Shown piece after piece: positions 24,401 to 35,021 of a stretch of DNA of 41,680 bases. Below the pieces are notes generated by a model. It had not been told where the DNA came from and searched no databases. It saw nothing but the letters and a program-made list of their open reading frames with translations. The position numbers and the translations under genes are program-made. The stretch's first letter is position 1. Every line of letters begins with the position of its first letter. The stretch is from contig JAUCBJ010001042.1 of assembly GCA_032718475.1 (NCBI GenBank), forward strand, positions 1 through 41,680, in the 5' to 3' direction. Source of the stretch: Nemertoderma westbladi (lineage: Eukaryota > Animalia > Xenacoelomorpha).

Positions 24401-26938
24401 AGTATTTATAGTGAGGGGAAGTATTTATAGTGAGGGAAAGTATTTCTAGTGAGGGAAAGTATTTCTAGTGAGGGAGAGTATTTCTAGTCAGGGGAAGTAT
24501 TTATAGTGAGAAAAAGTATTTATAGTGAGAGAATGTATTTCTAGTGAGGGAAAGTATTTCTTGTGAGGGGAAGTATTTCTAGTGAGGGAAAGTATTCCTA
24601 GTGAGGGAAAGTATTTCTAGTGAGGGAGAGTATTTCTAGTGAGGGAAAGTATTTATAGTGAGAGAATGTATTTCTAGTGAGGGGTAGTGAGGGGAAGTAT
24701 TTATAGTGAGAAAAAGTATTTATAGTGAGAGAATGTATTTCTAGTGAGGGAAAGTATTTCTTGTGAGGGGAAGTATTTCTAGTGAGGGAAAGTATTCCTA
24801 GTGAGGGAAAGTATTTCTAGTGAGGGAGAGTATTTCTAGTGAGGGAAAGTATTTATAGTGAGAGAATGTATTTCTAGTGAGGGGTAGTGAGGGGAAGTAT
24901 TTATAGTGAGAGAATGTATTTCTAGTGAGGGGAAGTATTTATAGTGAGGGGAAGTATTTATAGTGAGAGAATGTATTTCTAGTGAGGGGAAGTATTTCTA
25001 GCGAGGGAAAGTATTTATAGTGAGAAAAAGTATTTATAGTGAGAGAATGTATTTCTAGTGAGGGGAAGTATTTCTAGCGAGGGAAAGTATTTATAGTGAG
25101 AAAAAGTATTTATAGTGAGAGAATGTATTTCTAGTGAGGAAAAGTATTTCTTGTGAGGGGACGTATTTCTAGTGAGGGAAAGTATTTCTAGTGAGGGAAA
25201 GTATTCCTAGTGAGGGAAAATACTTTTTGTGAGGGAAAGTATTTCTAATGAGGGGAAATATTTTTTGTGAGAGAAAGTATTTCAAGTGAGGGGGAAGTAT
25301 TTCTAGTGAGGGGAAGTATTTCTAGTGAGGGGAAAGTATTTCTAGTGAGGGAAAGTATTTATAGCGAGGGAAAGTAGTTCTAGTGAGGTAAAGTATTCCT
25401 AGTGAGCTGTAAAGCATTCCTATTGAGGGAAAGTATTCCTTGTGAGGGAAGGTATTTCTAGTGAGGGAAAGTATTCGTAGTGAGGTAAAGTATTCCTAGT
25501 GAGGGAAAATACATTTGTGAGGAAAAGTATTCCTAGTGAGGGAAAATATTTTTTGTGAGAGAAAGTATTTCAAGTGAGGGGGAAGTATTTCTAGTGAGGG
25601 GAAGTATTTCTAGTGAGGGGAAAGTATTTCTAGTGAGGGAAAGTATTTATAGCGAGGGAAAGTAGTTCTAGTGAGGTAAAGTATTCCTAGTGAGCTGTAA
25701 AGCATTCCTATTGAGGGAAAGTATTCCTTGTGAGGGAAGGTATTTCTAGTGAGGGAAAGTATTCGTAGTGAGGTAAAGTATTCCTAGTGAGGGAAAATAC
25801 CTTTGTGAGGGAAAGTATTCCTAGTGAGGGAAAATACATTTTGTGAGAGAAAGTATTTCAAGTGAGGGGGAAGTATTTCTAGTGAGGGGAAGTATTTCTA
25901 GTGAGAGGAAAGTATTTCTAGTGAGGGAAAGTATTTATAGTGAGGGAAAGTAGTTCTAGTGAGGTAAAGTATTCCTAGTGAGCTGTAAAGCATTCCTATT
26001 GAGGGAAAGTATTCCTTGTGAGGGAAGGTATTTCTAGTGAGGGAAAGTATTCATAGTGAGGGGAAGTATTTCTAGCGAGGGAAATTATTTCTAGCGAGGG
26101 AAAGTATTCCTAGTGAGGTAAAGTATTCCTAGTGAGGGAAAATACTTCTTGTGAGGGAAAGTATTTCTAGTGAGGGGGAGTATTTATAGTGAGAAAAAGT
26201 ATTTCTAGTGAGGGGTAGTGAGGGGAAGTATTATTTATAGTGAGGGAAAGTATTTCTAGTGAGGGGGAAGTATTTCTAGTGAGGGGAAGAATTTATAGTG
26301 AGGGAAATTATTTATAGTGAGGGGAAGTATTTATAGTGAGGGAAAGTATTTATAGTGATGGGAAGTATTTCAAGCGAGGGAAAGTATTTCAAGCGAGGGA
26401 AAGTATTTCTAGAGAGGGGAAGTATTTCTAGTGAGGGAAAGTATTTATAGTGAGGGAAAGTAGTTCTAGTGAGGTAAAGTATTCCTAGTGAGCTGTAAAG
26501 CATTCCTATTGAGGGAAAGTATTCCTTGTGAGGGAAGGTATTTCTAGTGAGGGAAAGTATTCATAGTGAGGGGAAGTATTTCTAGCGAGGGAAATTATTT
26601 CTAGCGAGGGAAAGTATTCCTAGTGAGGTAAAGTATTCCTAGTGAGGGAAAATACTTCTTGTGAGGGAAAGTATTTCTAGTGAGGGGGAGTATTTATAGT
26701 GAGAAAAAGTATTTCTAGTGAGGGGTAGTGAGGGGAAGTATTATTTATAGTGAGGGAAAGTATTTCTAGTGAGGGGGAAGTATTTCTAGTGAGGGGAAGA
26801 ATTTATAGTGAGGGAAATTATTTATAGTGAGGGGAAGTATTTATAGTGAGGGAAAGTATTTATAGTGATGGGAAGTATTTCAAGCGAGGGAAAGTATTTC
26901 AAGCGAGGGAAAGTATTTCTAGAGAGGGGAAGTATTTA
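6473..26938. repeat. Large satellite/minisatellite array, 19-bp monomer (~1,075 copies, ~20.5 kb) with higher-order structure
   Basis: Consensus AGTGAGGGAAAGTATTT(A/C)T with recurrent variants (TTCAAGCGAGGG, GAGAAAAAG, GAGAGAATG, GAGGTAAAGTATTCG/CC, GAGGGGACG). The + strand is strongly purine-rich. Confidence 0.99.
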
Positions 26939-27742
26939 CTAATTAGTGATTTTTAATCATTATATAATACACCACCACCCCCCCCCCCCCCCCCAACCCC
27001 CTTGCGACAATTCCCAATATTCCCAACCGAAAAATTATGAAACGAAACATATCGCTTTTGTAAGCAGACATAATTATATTATCGTAATTAGGTGTTTCAG
27101 ATGACATAAAGAGCGGCAATGTTATACTTATACATATGGTACGGTACGCTTTATATACAAAAACAAACAAACAATATCACACAACTGATGAACGATAGAC
27201 GTCCTACCAAATATAATAAAATAAAATAAATACACTTAAGATGAACCAGTAAGTAGAATACAGCAACACAAATATTATAAAGAAACGTAGGATAGGAGGT
27301 TTATACAGATAGGTATTTTATTGAATTAACTTTACTGTATTTATCAATCTATAGGTATAATGATTGATTTCAGGGTCCACAGAAACATTAAATAGCCCAA
27401 GGAAAGAATAATAAATAACGTGGGATTCTATTAATTGCTGCTCCTAAAATTCATATAATAATAACAATAGGAAACAATTAATATTAAACTTCTTGGAAAA
27501 ATACAACAGATAGAGAAAATGCCTGAAATACATATGGTATGGTAACTATAACGTGGTTTCTATGCACTGGAAATGCGACCCAAATAAACAATTAATTCTT
27601 CCAACAGCGAAACAATATAAAATAATAATTATAAAGCAATGTTGTATAAATTCCACGGTTAAAGCCTGATTGACAATTTCAAATGGCACAAAGCATGCAA
27701 CGTAAAGGCAATTAATTGTCTGCAATGAAGGATCATAATAGT

Positions 27743-28219
27743 AAAGCAGGATAGGAAAGCAGGATCCCCACCCCGCCCAACCATTGCCCCCGGGACAAAT
27801 AAAGCAGGATCCCCACCCCCGGGACAAATAAAGCAGGATCCCCACCCCGCCCAACCCTACCCCCGGGACAAATAAAGCAGGATCCCCACCCCGCCCAACC
27901 ATTGCCCCCCGGGACAAATAAAGCAGGATCCCCACCCCGCCCAACCCTACCCCCGGGACAAATAAAGCAGAATCTCCACACCGCCCAACCCTACCCCCGG
28001 GACAAATAAAGCAGGATCCCCACCCCGACCAACCCTACCCCCGGGACAAATAAAGCAGGATCCCCACCCCGCCCAACCCTTGCCCCCCGGGACAAATAAA
28101 GCAGGATCCTCACCCCGCCCAACCCTACCCCTGGAACAAATAAAGCCCCTGCCCTGCCCCGCCCCGCCCAACCCTACCCCCGGAACAAATAAAGCAGGAT
28201 CACCCACCACCCCGCCCAA
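27743..28219. repeat. GC-rich minisatellite, 44/46-bp unit, ~11 copies
   Basis: Unit CCCCGGGACAAATAAAGCAGGATCCCCACCCCGCCCAACCCTAC; CGGGACAAAT recurs at 27791, 27820, 27864, 27910, 27954, 27998, 28042 and 28088. Confidence 0.95.
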
Positions 28220-28392
28220 ATTAAAATCAAAAATATCAGAGTTTAGTTCTCCTCAAGTAAGAATATCAAGTAATACAAGATCCATAAGGCAAGATCTGGT
28301 AGGGTAATCATAATAAATCGGGTTGCCTAAACAGCTTGAATTAGGATTGGGGCTGATTTAACCCAAAGGTTTTGTTATTTGTAAGATTAGAC

Positions 28393-29012
28393 TAGTATGG
28401 GAGAGTGGGGAGACTGCTACAGTGCCGGGAGAAGAGAGTTCTAAAATATAATATATAGTATGGGAGAGAGGGGAGACTGATACAGTGCCGGAAGGAGATA
28501 GTTCTAAAATATAATATTAGTATGGGAGAGTGGGGAGACTGAGCCGGAAGGAGATATTTCTAAAATATAATATTAGTATGGGAGAGAGGGGAGACTTATA
28601 CAGTGCCGGAAGGAGATAGTTCTAAAATATAATATTAGTATGGGAGAGTGGGGAGACTGATACAGTGCCGGAAGGAGATAGTTCTAAAATATAATATTAG
28701 TAAGGGAGAGAGGGGAGACTGATACAGTGCCGGAAGGAGATAGTTCTAAAATATAATATTTAGTATGGGAGAGAGGGGAGACTGATACAGTGCCGGAAGG
28801 AGATAGTTCTAAAATATAATATTTAGTATGGGAGAGAGGGGAGACTGATACAGTGCCGGAAGGAGATAGTTCTAAAATATAATATTTAGTATGGGAGAGA
28901 GGGGAGACTGATACAGTGCCGGAAGGAGATATTTCTAAAATATAATATTTAGTATGGGAGAGAGGGGAGACTGATACAGTGCCGGAAGGAGATATTTCTA
29001 AAATATAATATT
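28393..29012. repeat. Minisatellite, 62/63-bp unit, ~10 copies
   Basis: Unit TAGTATGGGAGAGAGGGGAGACTGATACAGTGCCGGAAGGAGATAGTTCTAAAATATAATAT(T); unit starts include 28574, 28636, 28698, 28761, 28824, 28887 and 28950. Confidence 0.95.
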
Positions 29013-31214
29013 TATGCCGTTTAATAATGACTAATAGTTATGGGGGGGTCTAAGGGGGTTTTTTTGTGGAACACAAGACAGCCGCCAAACGACGCCATAC
29101 AATGAATACCAAAAAAATATGTTTGCCGCCGCAAAAAAATAATAATTGTTGAAGTTATTTTTATATAAATTACATAATATTTAATCTGAAAAATCCGACA
29201 AATAAAAGTACCTTAGATCCAAACTTACAAGAAGTGGCCAGACAGGGTGACCACGAATTCTCTGTTGTTTTGGGGAGGTTATTGAAGAGATATACCAACC
29301 AAATTTAGCTCATTTGATAGGCATTGATTGTCAGAGATTTGAAGGACAATTATCGCTATATTTTTAATTTCCAAGCCGCAACTTTAGTAAAATTACGAAT
29401 TAAATCAGACATATTTGTTTTCAATTGCCAGGTGCTTCAGGTTGAATCTAAAGCGCGAAATATAAAGTCAATAGATTATATGTCCATCCTGTAATAATCA
29501 CAGATGTAACGCGTGATATATTTATTATGACAGGGTCTCAGTCATTCTGGTTTTTTTTCCACAGCCTTTCAATAAAAAGAAACGGAAAGGCCGATTTTAT
29601 TGAGAGACTCTATACATCAGACCTAAATATTAAAAAAAATATCCATTTTCAGCTTGTAATGCATTAATTAGAGGGCGTATTTCGTAATACATATTACTGA
29701 TCAAACTCATTACAGGATTAACAAATGTTTATTGTCATAATTTTTTCAAAGACAGTGGGGTATGGGAAACATCAACCTCTCGAAGGATGTATAATTTTAT
29801 TAATTTTATAACTTTTGGATCTAGAACAAATAAAAACTTTTAATGCTATTTTGGCCACGACTTGCCAGTCTTGGTCTTTACAATTTAGAGGTTGAGAGGT
29901 TTAGAGATTAATGAGTTTGGATTTAAACAAATCGGATATATATTTAATTATATTAATGCTCCGCATGTTTTGCCCATTGTTTGCATATCTCAACAATTTC
30001 TTTATTAAATTTGGACAGTATTATGGTATGTAATTAGAAACCAACAAGTTTAGATAGTTTTGAAAATTATGGAGAATACCTACTAGTTGACCGTTTTACT
30101 AAAAACTACATGAAAAGGCTACGGTTACATACTTTGCGTGCGTAAATGCCCCACAATGAATTATTCCAAGCACATAATATTACTTACAGGGCAGTATTCG
30201 GTGTTCAGCTAATTTCTGCGAAGTATGACTTGCAAGTTTTATAATATGTTAAAAAATACAGGTTGCGGCAGGCAGACTGCTGAGGCAATGAGAATCAGAC
30301 CACAATAATTAATTACATGGACATTATATTGAAAAATGTTCACTTAAAACATTGCCTTGTTGTATATTGGAATGTCTCCCCACTCTCTCGTACAGTCCTA
30401 AACATCAATGGAAAAGACACAGATACAAACCAACCCCAACACTACTACTATAAAAATCGCTAAAGGAAAATAACCAGCAATTTCATAGCACATTGTTGTT
30501 GAAAATCAGGCGTCTATTAAATTCAATATTCTAATGATGAAAAAACGAACTACATAATAAGACTAACAATTAATTCAAGCAATATAAGCCTACAGTTAAA
30601 GTTTATCTTTCATCCTGCTAGAAAGGCTTAAATAAAAAGCTTAACTATCAGTTCAACATCGACAGAATACAAAATGGCTGAGACTCTCTAAACTACGTTC
30701 AGTAGTAACGAAGCACCGCAATTTGAAGCTGCTCGTGTACAAGACGGGACCAACGGTAAATAATGGCAACCGAACCAACTTCAGAACAATAATTGTTGTA
30801 CGAGAGCTGACTTCCACAAAATTTACTTGTCTTTACTTGTTTAATTTGTTTGTCATGGAATTCTCCTAATTTCATAACGGTACCAAGCAATTGTAAGATC
30901 CCCCTGATTGTATATGCATATAACGCATATTTCACAAGACCACAAAATATTCATATTACGAAACTGAAACAGTCCATCCAACGACACACACTAACAACTC
31001 TTGTTGTGATTATAATTCAAGATTGGTTCAATCTAGGTAGTATGAAAAGAAGCAAGGGAGTAAGTAACAAGACTTTTTACAAACTCAACCAAAATATCAC
31101 CATCAACTCGCTTCTTTACTTGTTTTTAAAGGCGGCCAAGAGTTAATCACAGTAGCTGCAGATAATTGGTATTGACAGATGTGAGGCCATGATGACGTCA
31201 AATAGCGATATGAA

Positions 31215-31322
31215 AAGGTATCAGGTAGTATTTCCAGGTCTACCTTATACCTGAGCCGGTATCGCAATGGTTAGAGCGCCCGACTTCCATTCCAACCTGG
31301 AGAGGTCACCAGTTCGATCTGA
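31215..31322 (+). mobile_element. tRNA-derived dispersed repeat (SINE-like), copy 1
   Basis: A-box-like TATCGCAATGGT followed by TAGAGC, and B-box-like AGTTCGATCT; degenerate cloverleaf; similar to 41594-41680. Confidence 0.55.
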
Positions 31323-31778
31323 AAATTATAATAATCCTTTACTTGTAAGAGGTGTACTTACTGGCGTAGACTCCTTAAGTAGACTAAGCATAAATAATTA
31401 AGGAGTCCATGCAATAATAACCAACGAACTGTACTGTAACCTAATTACTTGCTAATTGATTTTGATTGAGAGATTAGCACAAAGTGAACGAAAATTGTCC
31501 ACTCCTCGGAAACCAGGAATGATGTAATAACAATTTACCTGACTGGGTTGGGGATCTGGTAAAGATGGTCACTAATTGATTGGTTAATATTAACCAGCTG
31601 ACGCACCAAAATGTTATCCACTCTATTTACTTACTTTATGATATTAAATAAAGTTGAATTGACGCGGCCGAACAATAATTAATAGATAAACACCCGATAT
31701 TGAGTTTTGGGTTATTGGCACATTGGATACCCACTATATATACCCAGTCGAGTGATGGGAGTTGACAAGGGATGTAGT

Positions 31779-32695
31779 CTATCTCGATACGACAGAACAA
31801 GAACACTTCCGTAGCCAACACAACGAGCAGACGTCGTACCCTTTTACAGGGACGCTGCTATTGGCCGAGCCGTCAACAGGGATGCTGCTATTGGCTGGAG
31901 ATATGGCAGCATCCGCGGACGGGACGATGGCTGATGCGTCATGGCCGAAGGATACAGTATGTGCTGCGGAACCAGAGAGGGTCCGTTGTCGGGCGGGTTT
32001 ACTGTTCTCCGAGCGTCGGGTTCTCTCGTCGTCGACGCACACGGATACTGTCCGCTGGCGCTGGGAGGACGGCATATTGCTGAGCAGCGCGTGGGCGTAC
32101 AGAGCGGTCGCGTGGGTGATGGGATCCGACGGCACCGTGGTCGAGACTCCCACGAGGCTCGGGAAGGATTCATCGAGGAGAAGAAACTCCGACGGACTCG
32201 GATCGTTGTGTGGCGACCGCGGGTTAGAGTCCTTCCGGCGCGAGCGGGACGGTGACGGGACTGGTCTACTGTTGCTAGGGGACCGCGGCGCGGGTACGGC
32301 GTTGGTAGGGGACCGCGGCGCGGGTACGGCGTTGCTAGGGGATTGCGGAGCGGGTGCGACGTTGCTAGGGGACCGCGGCAGGACCTCCTCGGAACCGCTC
32401 GGGGATTCGTCACTCCCCTCTAGCGGCTCGGCCTGGCATTGCGCGGCCTCGGCGATCCAAGAATCAATGCGTAGCGCCCCCTCCTGTACGTCGTCGGAAT
32501 CGGTGAATCCGGGAATCGGAAACTCTGAGAACGGAGGCGTCGACTGTACCGAGCTGTCCGGTAATAGTCTCGGACAAATCGTCGTCTCGGACTCCGCGAG
32601 ACTCAGACTGATGCTATTGGAACAGCTGCGTGTTGATTGGTTGAGCGTATCTTCCGAGGTAGTAAGTTGACTGAAGTGATCGTCTTCGACAACGT
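31779..32695 (-). CDS. SECISBP2L: SECIS-binding protein 2-like, terminal coding exon (Ser/Pro-rich low-complexity tail)
   Basis: Acceptor TTTCTCTTTGCAG immediately before 32695. The phase-1 join with the previous exon gives ...PRK-D-VVEDDHF in the frame of the 313-aa ORF; TAG at 31779-31781; GC-rich relative to flanks. The assignment rests on splice phase, not on homology. Confidence 0.7.
32271..32380. repeat. Coding 30-bp tandem repeat (~3.5-4 copies) encoding PRSPSN(A/V)xPA
   Basis: GTTGCTAGGGGACCGCGGCGCGGGTACGGC-like units; translation PRSPSNVAPA-PQSPSNAVPA-PRSPTNAVPA-PRSPSN. Confidence 0.85.
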
Positions 32696-32862
32696 CTGCA
32701 AAGAGAAACATCCCAACCAATAGAGATAAAATAAATGATCCTGGACGAAAACGTTTAGTAGTTCATATTGCAATGCAACTCAGAGATCTTGGTGATAATA
32801 AGTTAATCATCATATCCAATAGGATCAACAGTAGCAAATTATAATCATCACTGTTGCATTGC

Positions 32863-32945
32863 AAAAATGGCCTTCACTGGGATTCGAACTCGGCACCTTA
32901 ATGTCATGACCCATACAGAATGCATTTACGCCACTATGACAAACA
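32863..32945 (-). mobile_element. tRNA-derived SINE-like/pseudo-tRNA fragment in an SBP2L intron
   Basis: The minus strand reads ...TAGTGGCGTAA...GAGTTCGAATCCCAGTGAAGGCCATTTTTG: a B-box followed by a T run. No intact cloverleaf. Confidence 0.35.
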
Positions 32946-33146
32946 GTAATATACTTTATAAGTAATGTGTTTGTGAGTGTGGGAGATAACTATTTTAAAT
33001 AAATAAAATAAACTTAAATAAATTATCTAACAATAATAACAGAATTAAAAATTTATCAATTTGTAGAATACAAATAAATTTAAATATATACATATCCGTG
33101 TATATAAATATATGATACAATAAATATAGTGGAATTAATTAATTAC

Positions 33147-33306
33147 CTTTTCGAGGTTTCGCAATCTCATTTCCGTCCGAATCAATGTCCGGTTCCGATT
33201 CTGGATAATTTTCCGAAATCGGTTCCGAAATGACGCTGTTAAATGATATGGCGCTGCACCCAGACGCTGTACGGTTGTGTCCTTTGTGGAGATAATACTG
33301 GGTAAT
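33147..33306 (-). CDS. SECISBP2L: SECIS-binding protein 2-like, internal exon (missed by the ORF track in this frame)
   Basis: Acceptor CTCTTCTACAG, donor G|GTAATT; 160 nt, phase 0 to 1. Translates ITQYYLHKGHNRTASGCSAISFNSVISEPISENYPESEPDIDSDGNEIAKPRK, matching the recalled vertebrate SECISBP2L motif GHSRNPSAASAISFCSVISEPISE. Confidence 0.9.
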
Positions 33307-33610
33307 CTGTAGAAGAGATGGATATCAATACAGTACGATGGTATGATAAGGTTATCCTGCGCCAAAAGTAACTACTATATTGGCATGCTTCATTGCAGCT
33401 GCTCTGCATTTTATAAATATACATATTAAGGATGCTGTGGCGGCTTGTCGAGAAAATTGTGGAAAATGTGACCTACATACATAATTTCTAAACTAGTTTC
33501 GGTTTTAATTATGGCTATAAACGCTTTCCACTATTTGCGTGTATTTTAATTTAAAGAAGAAATTAATTTCAACATACACTGACGACTGAATGCGAATATT
33601 ACGCACTCAC

Positions 33611-33873
33611 CTGTACTCCGCTATCTGATTTCTCCAATTCCTGGTGGTATTGTACCACGAGTTTCCTGTAGGCGTCACGTGCTGTCTCACTCCTAGACAG
33701 AAGCTGCTGGTACAAGGTGTCCGCCCCGTCGTAACTAAATATACCCACCACACTGACCGGGACAACCTTGCTCAACGCCTTACCGAGTTGTTTGCGTCCC
33801 AGAGCGAACAAGAATGGTATATCCTGCTCTCGCGCCATCCCGATAATAAACTCAAGTTGTTCGTCTAAGCCGC
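33611..33873 (-). CDS. SECISBP2L: SECIS-binding protein 2-like, exon encoding the C-terminal half of the L7Ae RNA-binding domain
   Basis: Acceptor GATTTAG, donor CAG|GTGAGT; translates (G)GLDEQLEFIIGMAREQDIPFLFALGRKQLGKALSKVVPVSVVGIFSYDGA..., a hallmark SBP2/SBP2L sequence. Confidence 0.95.
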
Positions 33874-34220
33874 CTAAATCGCAAGGTTTCGCTTTAATTC
33901 ACGTAATGGACAATGTAATTATATAGAAATGTTGCATTACTGACCAGAATCAATAATATTCGTGGAATTAAATAGAGTCAATACAGCTGATTACAATGTC
34001 TGAACTCTATAATATCAATAATTATAATGTAGGATTTCTTTACCATCACCAACTAAACTATATTCTGGATAAATACTATGGGTAAAAATCAATTTTATTT
34101 GGTTTCAACTCAATAATTATTGCTATTTGTGATCGTAAAATTATTCATTAGACAATAATATATTTATCTTTTTTAAGAGCTGATAAAGATAAGGTAGCAG
34201 CTTCATATTGTTTTACTAAC

Positions 34221-34441
34221 CTTTACTTTGTATTTTCTCCAGATTTGGCGATATGACTAGGCACTTAATGCGTTTTAGTTTAAGATGTTTAGTCACCTCG
34301 CGCAGACCCATAACGAGTCTTCTTTTGGCGCGCGCTTTAGTTGGGTCTCTCTGGTATTGGCGGTCTTGGAAACGGACCAATGTCTGCAGTAACTGGGTGC
34401 ACACCAAGTCGACTTCTTTATCTAAAACCTGGTTGCAATAC
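34221..34441 (-). CDS. SECISBP2L: SECIS-binding protein 2-like, exon encoding the N-terminal half of the RNA-binding (L7Ae) region
   Basis: Acceptor TTTTTTTCATATTCCAG, donor AAG|GTTAGT; translates YCNQVLDKEVD...LVRFQDRQYQRDPTKARAKRRLVMGLREVTKHLKLKRIKCLVISPNLEKIQSKG. It starts after a phase-2 intron, so upstream exons must exist. Confidence 0.95.
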
Positions 34442-34537
34442 CTGGAATATGAAAAAAACAAGGTGTGAATAAATAATATATAAAATATTACTATATCATA
34501 TTTACTCCTGGTGTTTGTTTAAGATAAACATTTACAT

Positions 34538-35021
34538 ACTAGAAAGCCAGCAAGCTGGCTTTAAACGAACCTGCCCCTCAAACCAGTACCCCGAGTGAGC
34601 AAAAATGGAAACACGAAAATTGCCATCAACTCAACGATAGAAACACCTCAGCTGCTGGTACTCCATGTGGGCCTAGTAAGCTACTACTATTTATTGAATG
34701 GATAGCCCAAACTGCAGAGAAGTATATTACTTGCCAAATTTATTACTATCTCACTCTAACCCAGACAGTAATCAAACATCAATTGTAAGTTTGTATAATG
34801 TATTACCCCACCAGATGAATAGCTCTTCCCAGTGAATCCTATGACAATAATCTATAAGGTCACTCACTGCTATGTTAGATGGGAGGCCAGGTAATTGAAT
34901 TGTAAGCACTGGGCTGTTTAAATGGTTTATAGGTTGATGGTAATGAATGATGAGGGACCCAACGAACACTACGTTTGTCTATGGAGGGTCTCCATATAGC
35001 CAGCTGGCTGGCTTTTCTAGT
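34538..35021. mobile_element. MITE-like element, 484 bp, with ~23-bp terminal inverted repeats
   Basis: Left ACTAGAAAGCCAGCAAGCTGGCT (34538-34560); right AGCCAGCTGGCTGGCTTTTCTAGT (34998-35021), whose reverse complement is ACTAGAAAAGCCAGCCAGCTGGCT. Confidence 0.7.

Noticed and set aside
6473-26938. Telomeric repeat, or coding ORFs such as MKYFPSLEILSLT (9835, 12852, 17118, 26312)
   Set aside because: The monomer is 19 bp and heterogeneous, not a TTAGGG-type repeat, and is flanked by non-array DNA on both sides. The ORFs are chance stop-free runs through the repeat.
27546-28307. Gly/Pro-rich ORFs on both strands
   Set aside because: They are translations of the 44/46-bp minisatellite, open in several frames, with no recognisable domain.
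30699-31146. Short ORFs of 78 and 98 aa
   Set aside because: AT-rich, no recognisable homology or splice-phase support; probably SBP2L 3' UTR or intergenic DNA.
31253-31322. Functional tRNA gene
   Set aside because: The acceptor and anticodon stems do not pair properly and there is an insertion near the anticodon; better explained as a tRNA-derived repeat.
30600-31778. SECIS element or in-frame Sec codon in the SBP2L gene (autoregulation)
   Set aside because: The visible exons have no in-frame TGA and end in TAG, and I could not identify a convincing AUGA/AA/GA kink-turn hairpin by eye. A SECISearch3 run would settle it.
31762-32670. 302-aa plus-strand ORF and the other overlapping ORFs (31844-32413, 31941-32255)
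   Set aside because: Shadow frames of a GC-rich exon; only the minus-strand 313-aa frame joins the upstream SBP2L exon in the correct phase.
33135-33424. ORF-track frames 33135-33365 and 33239-33424
   Set aside because: Wrong frames; the third frame between the splice sites gives the conserved SBP2L motif.
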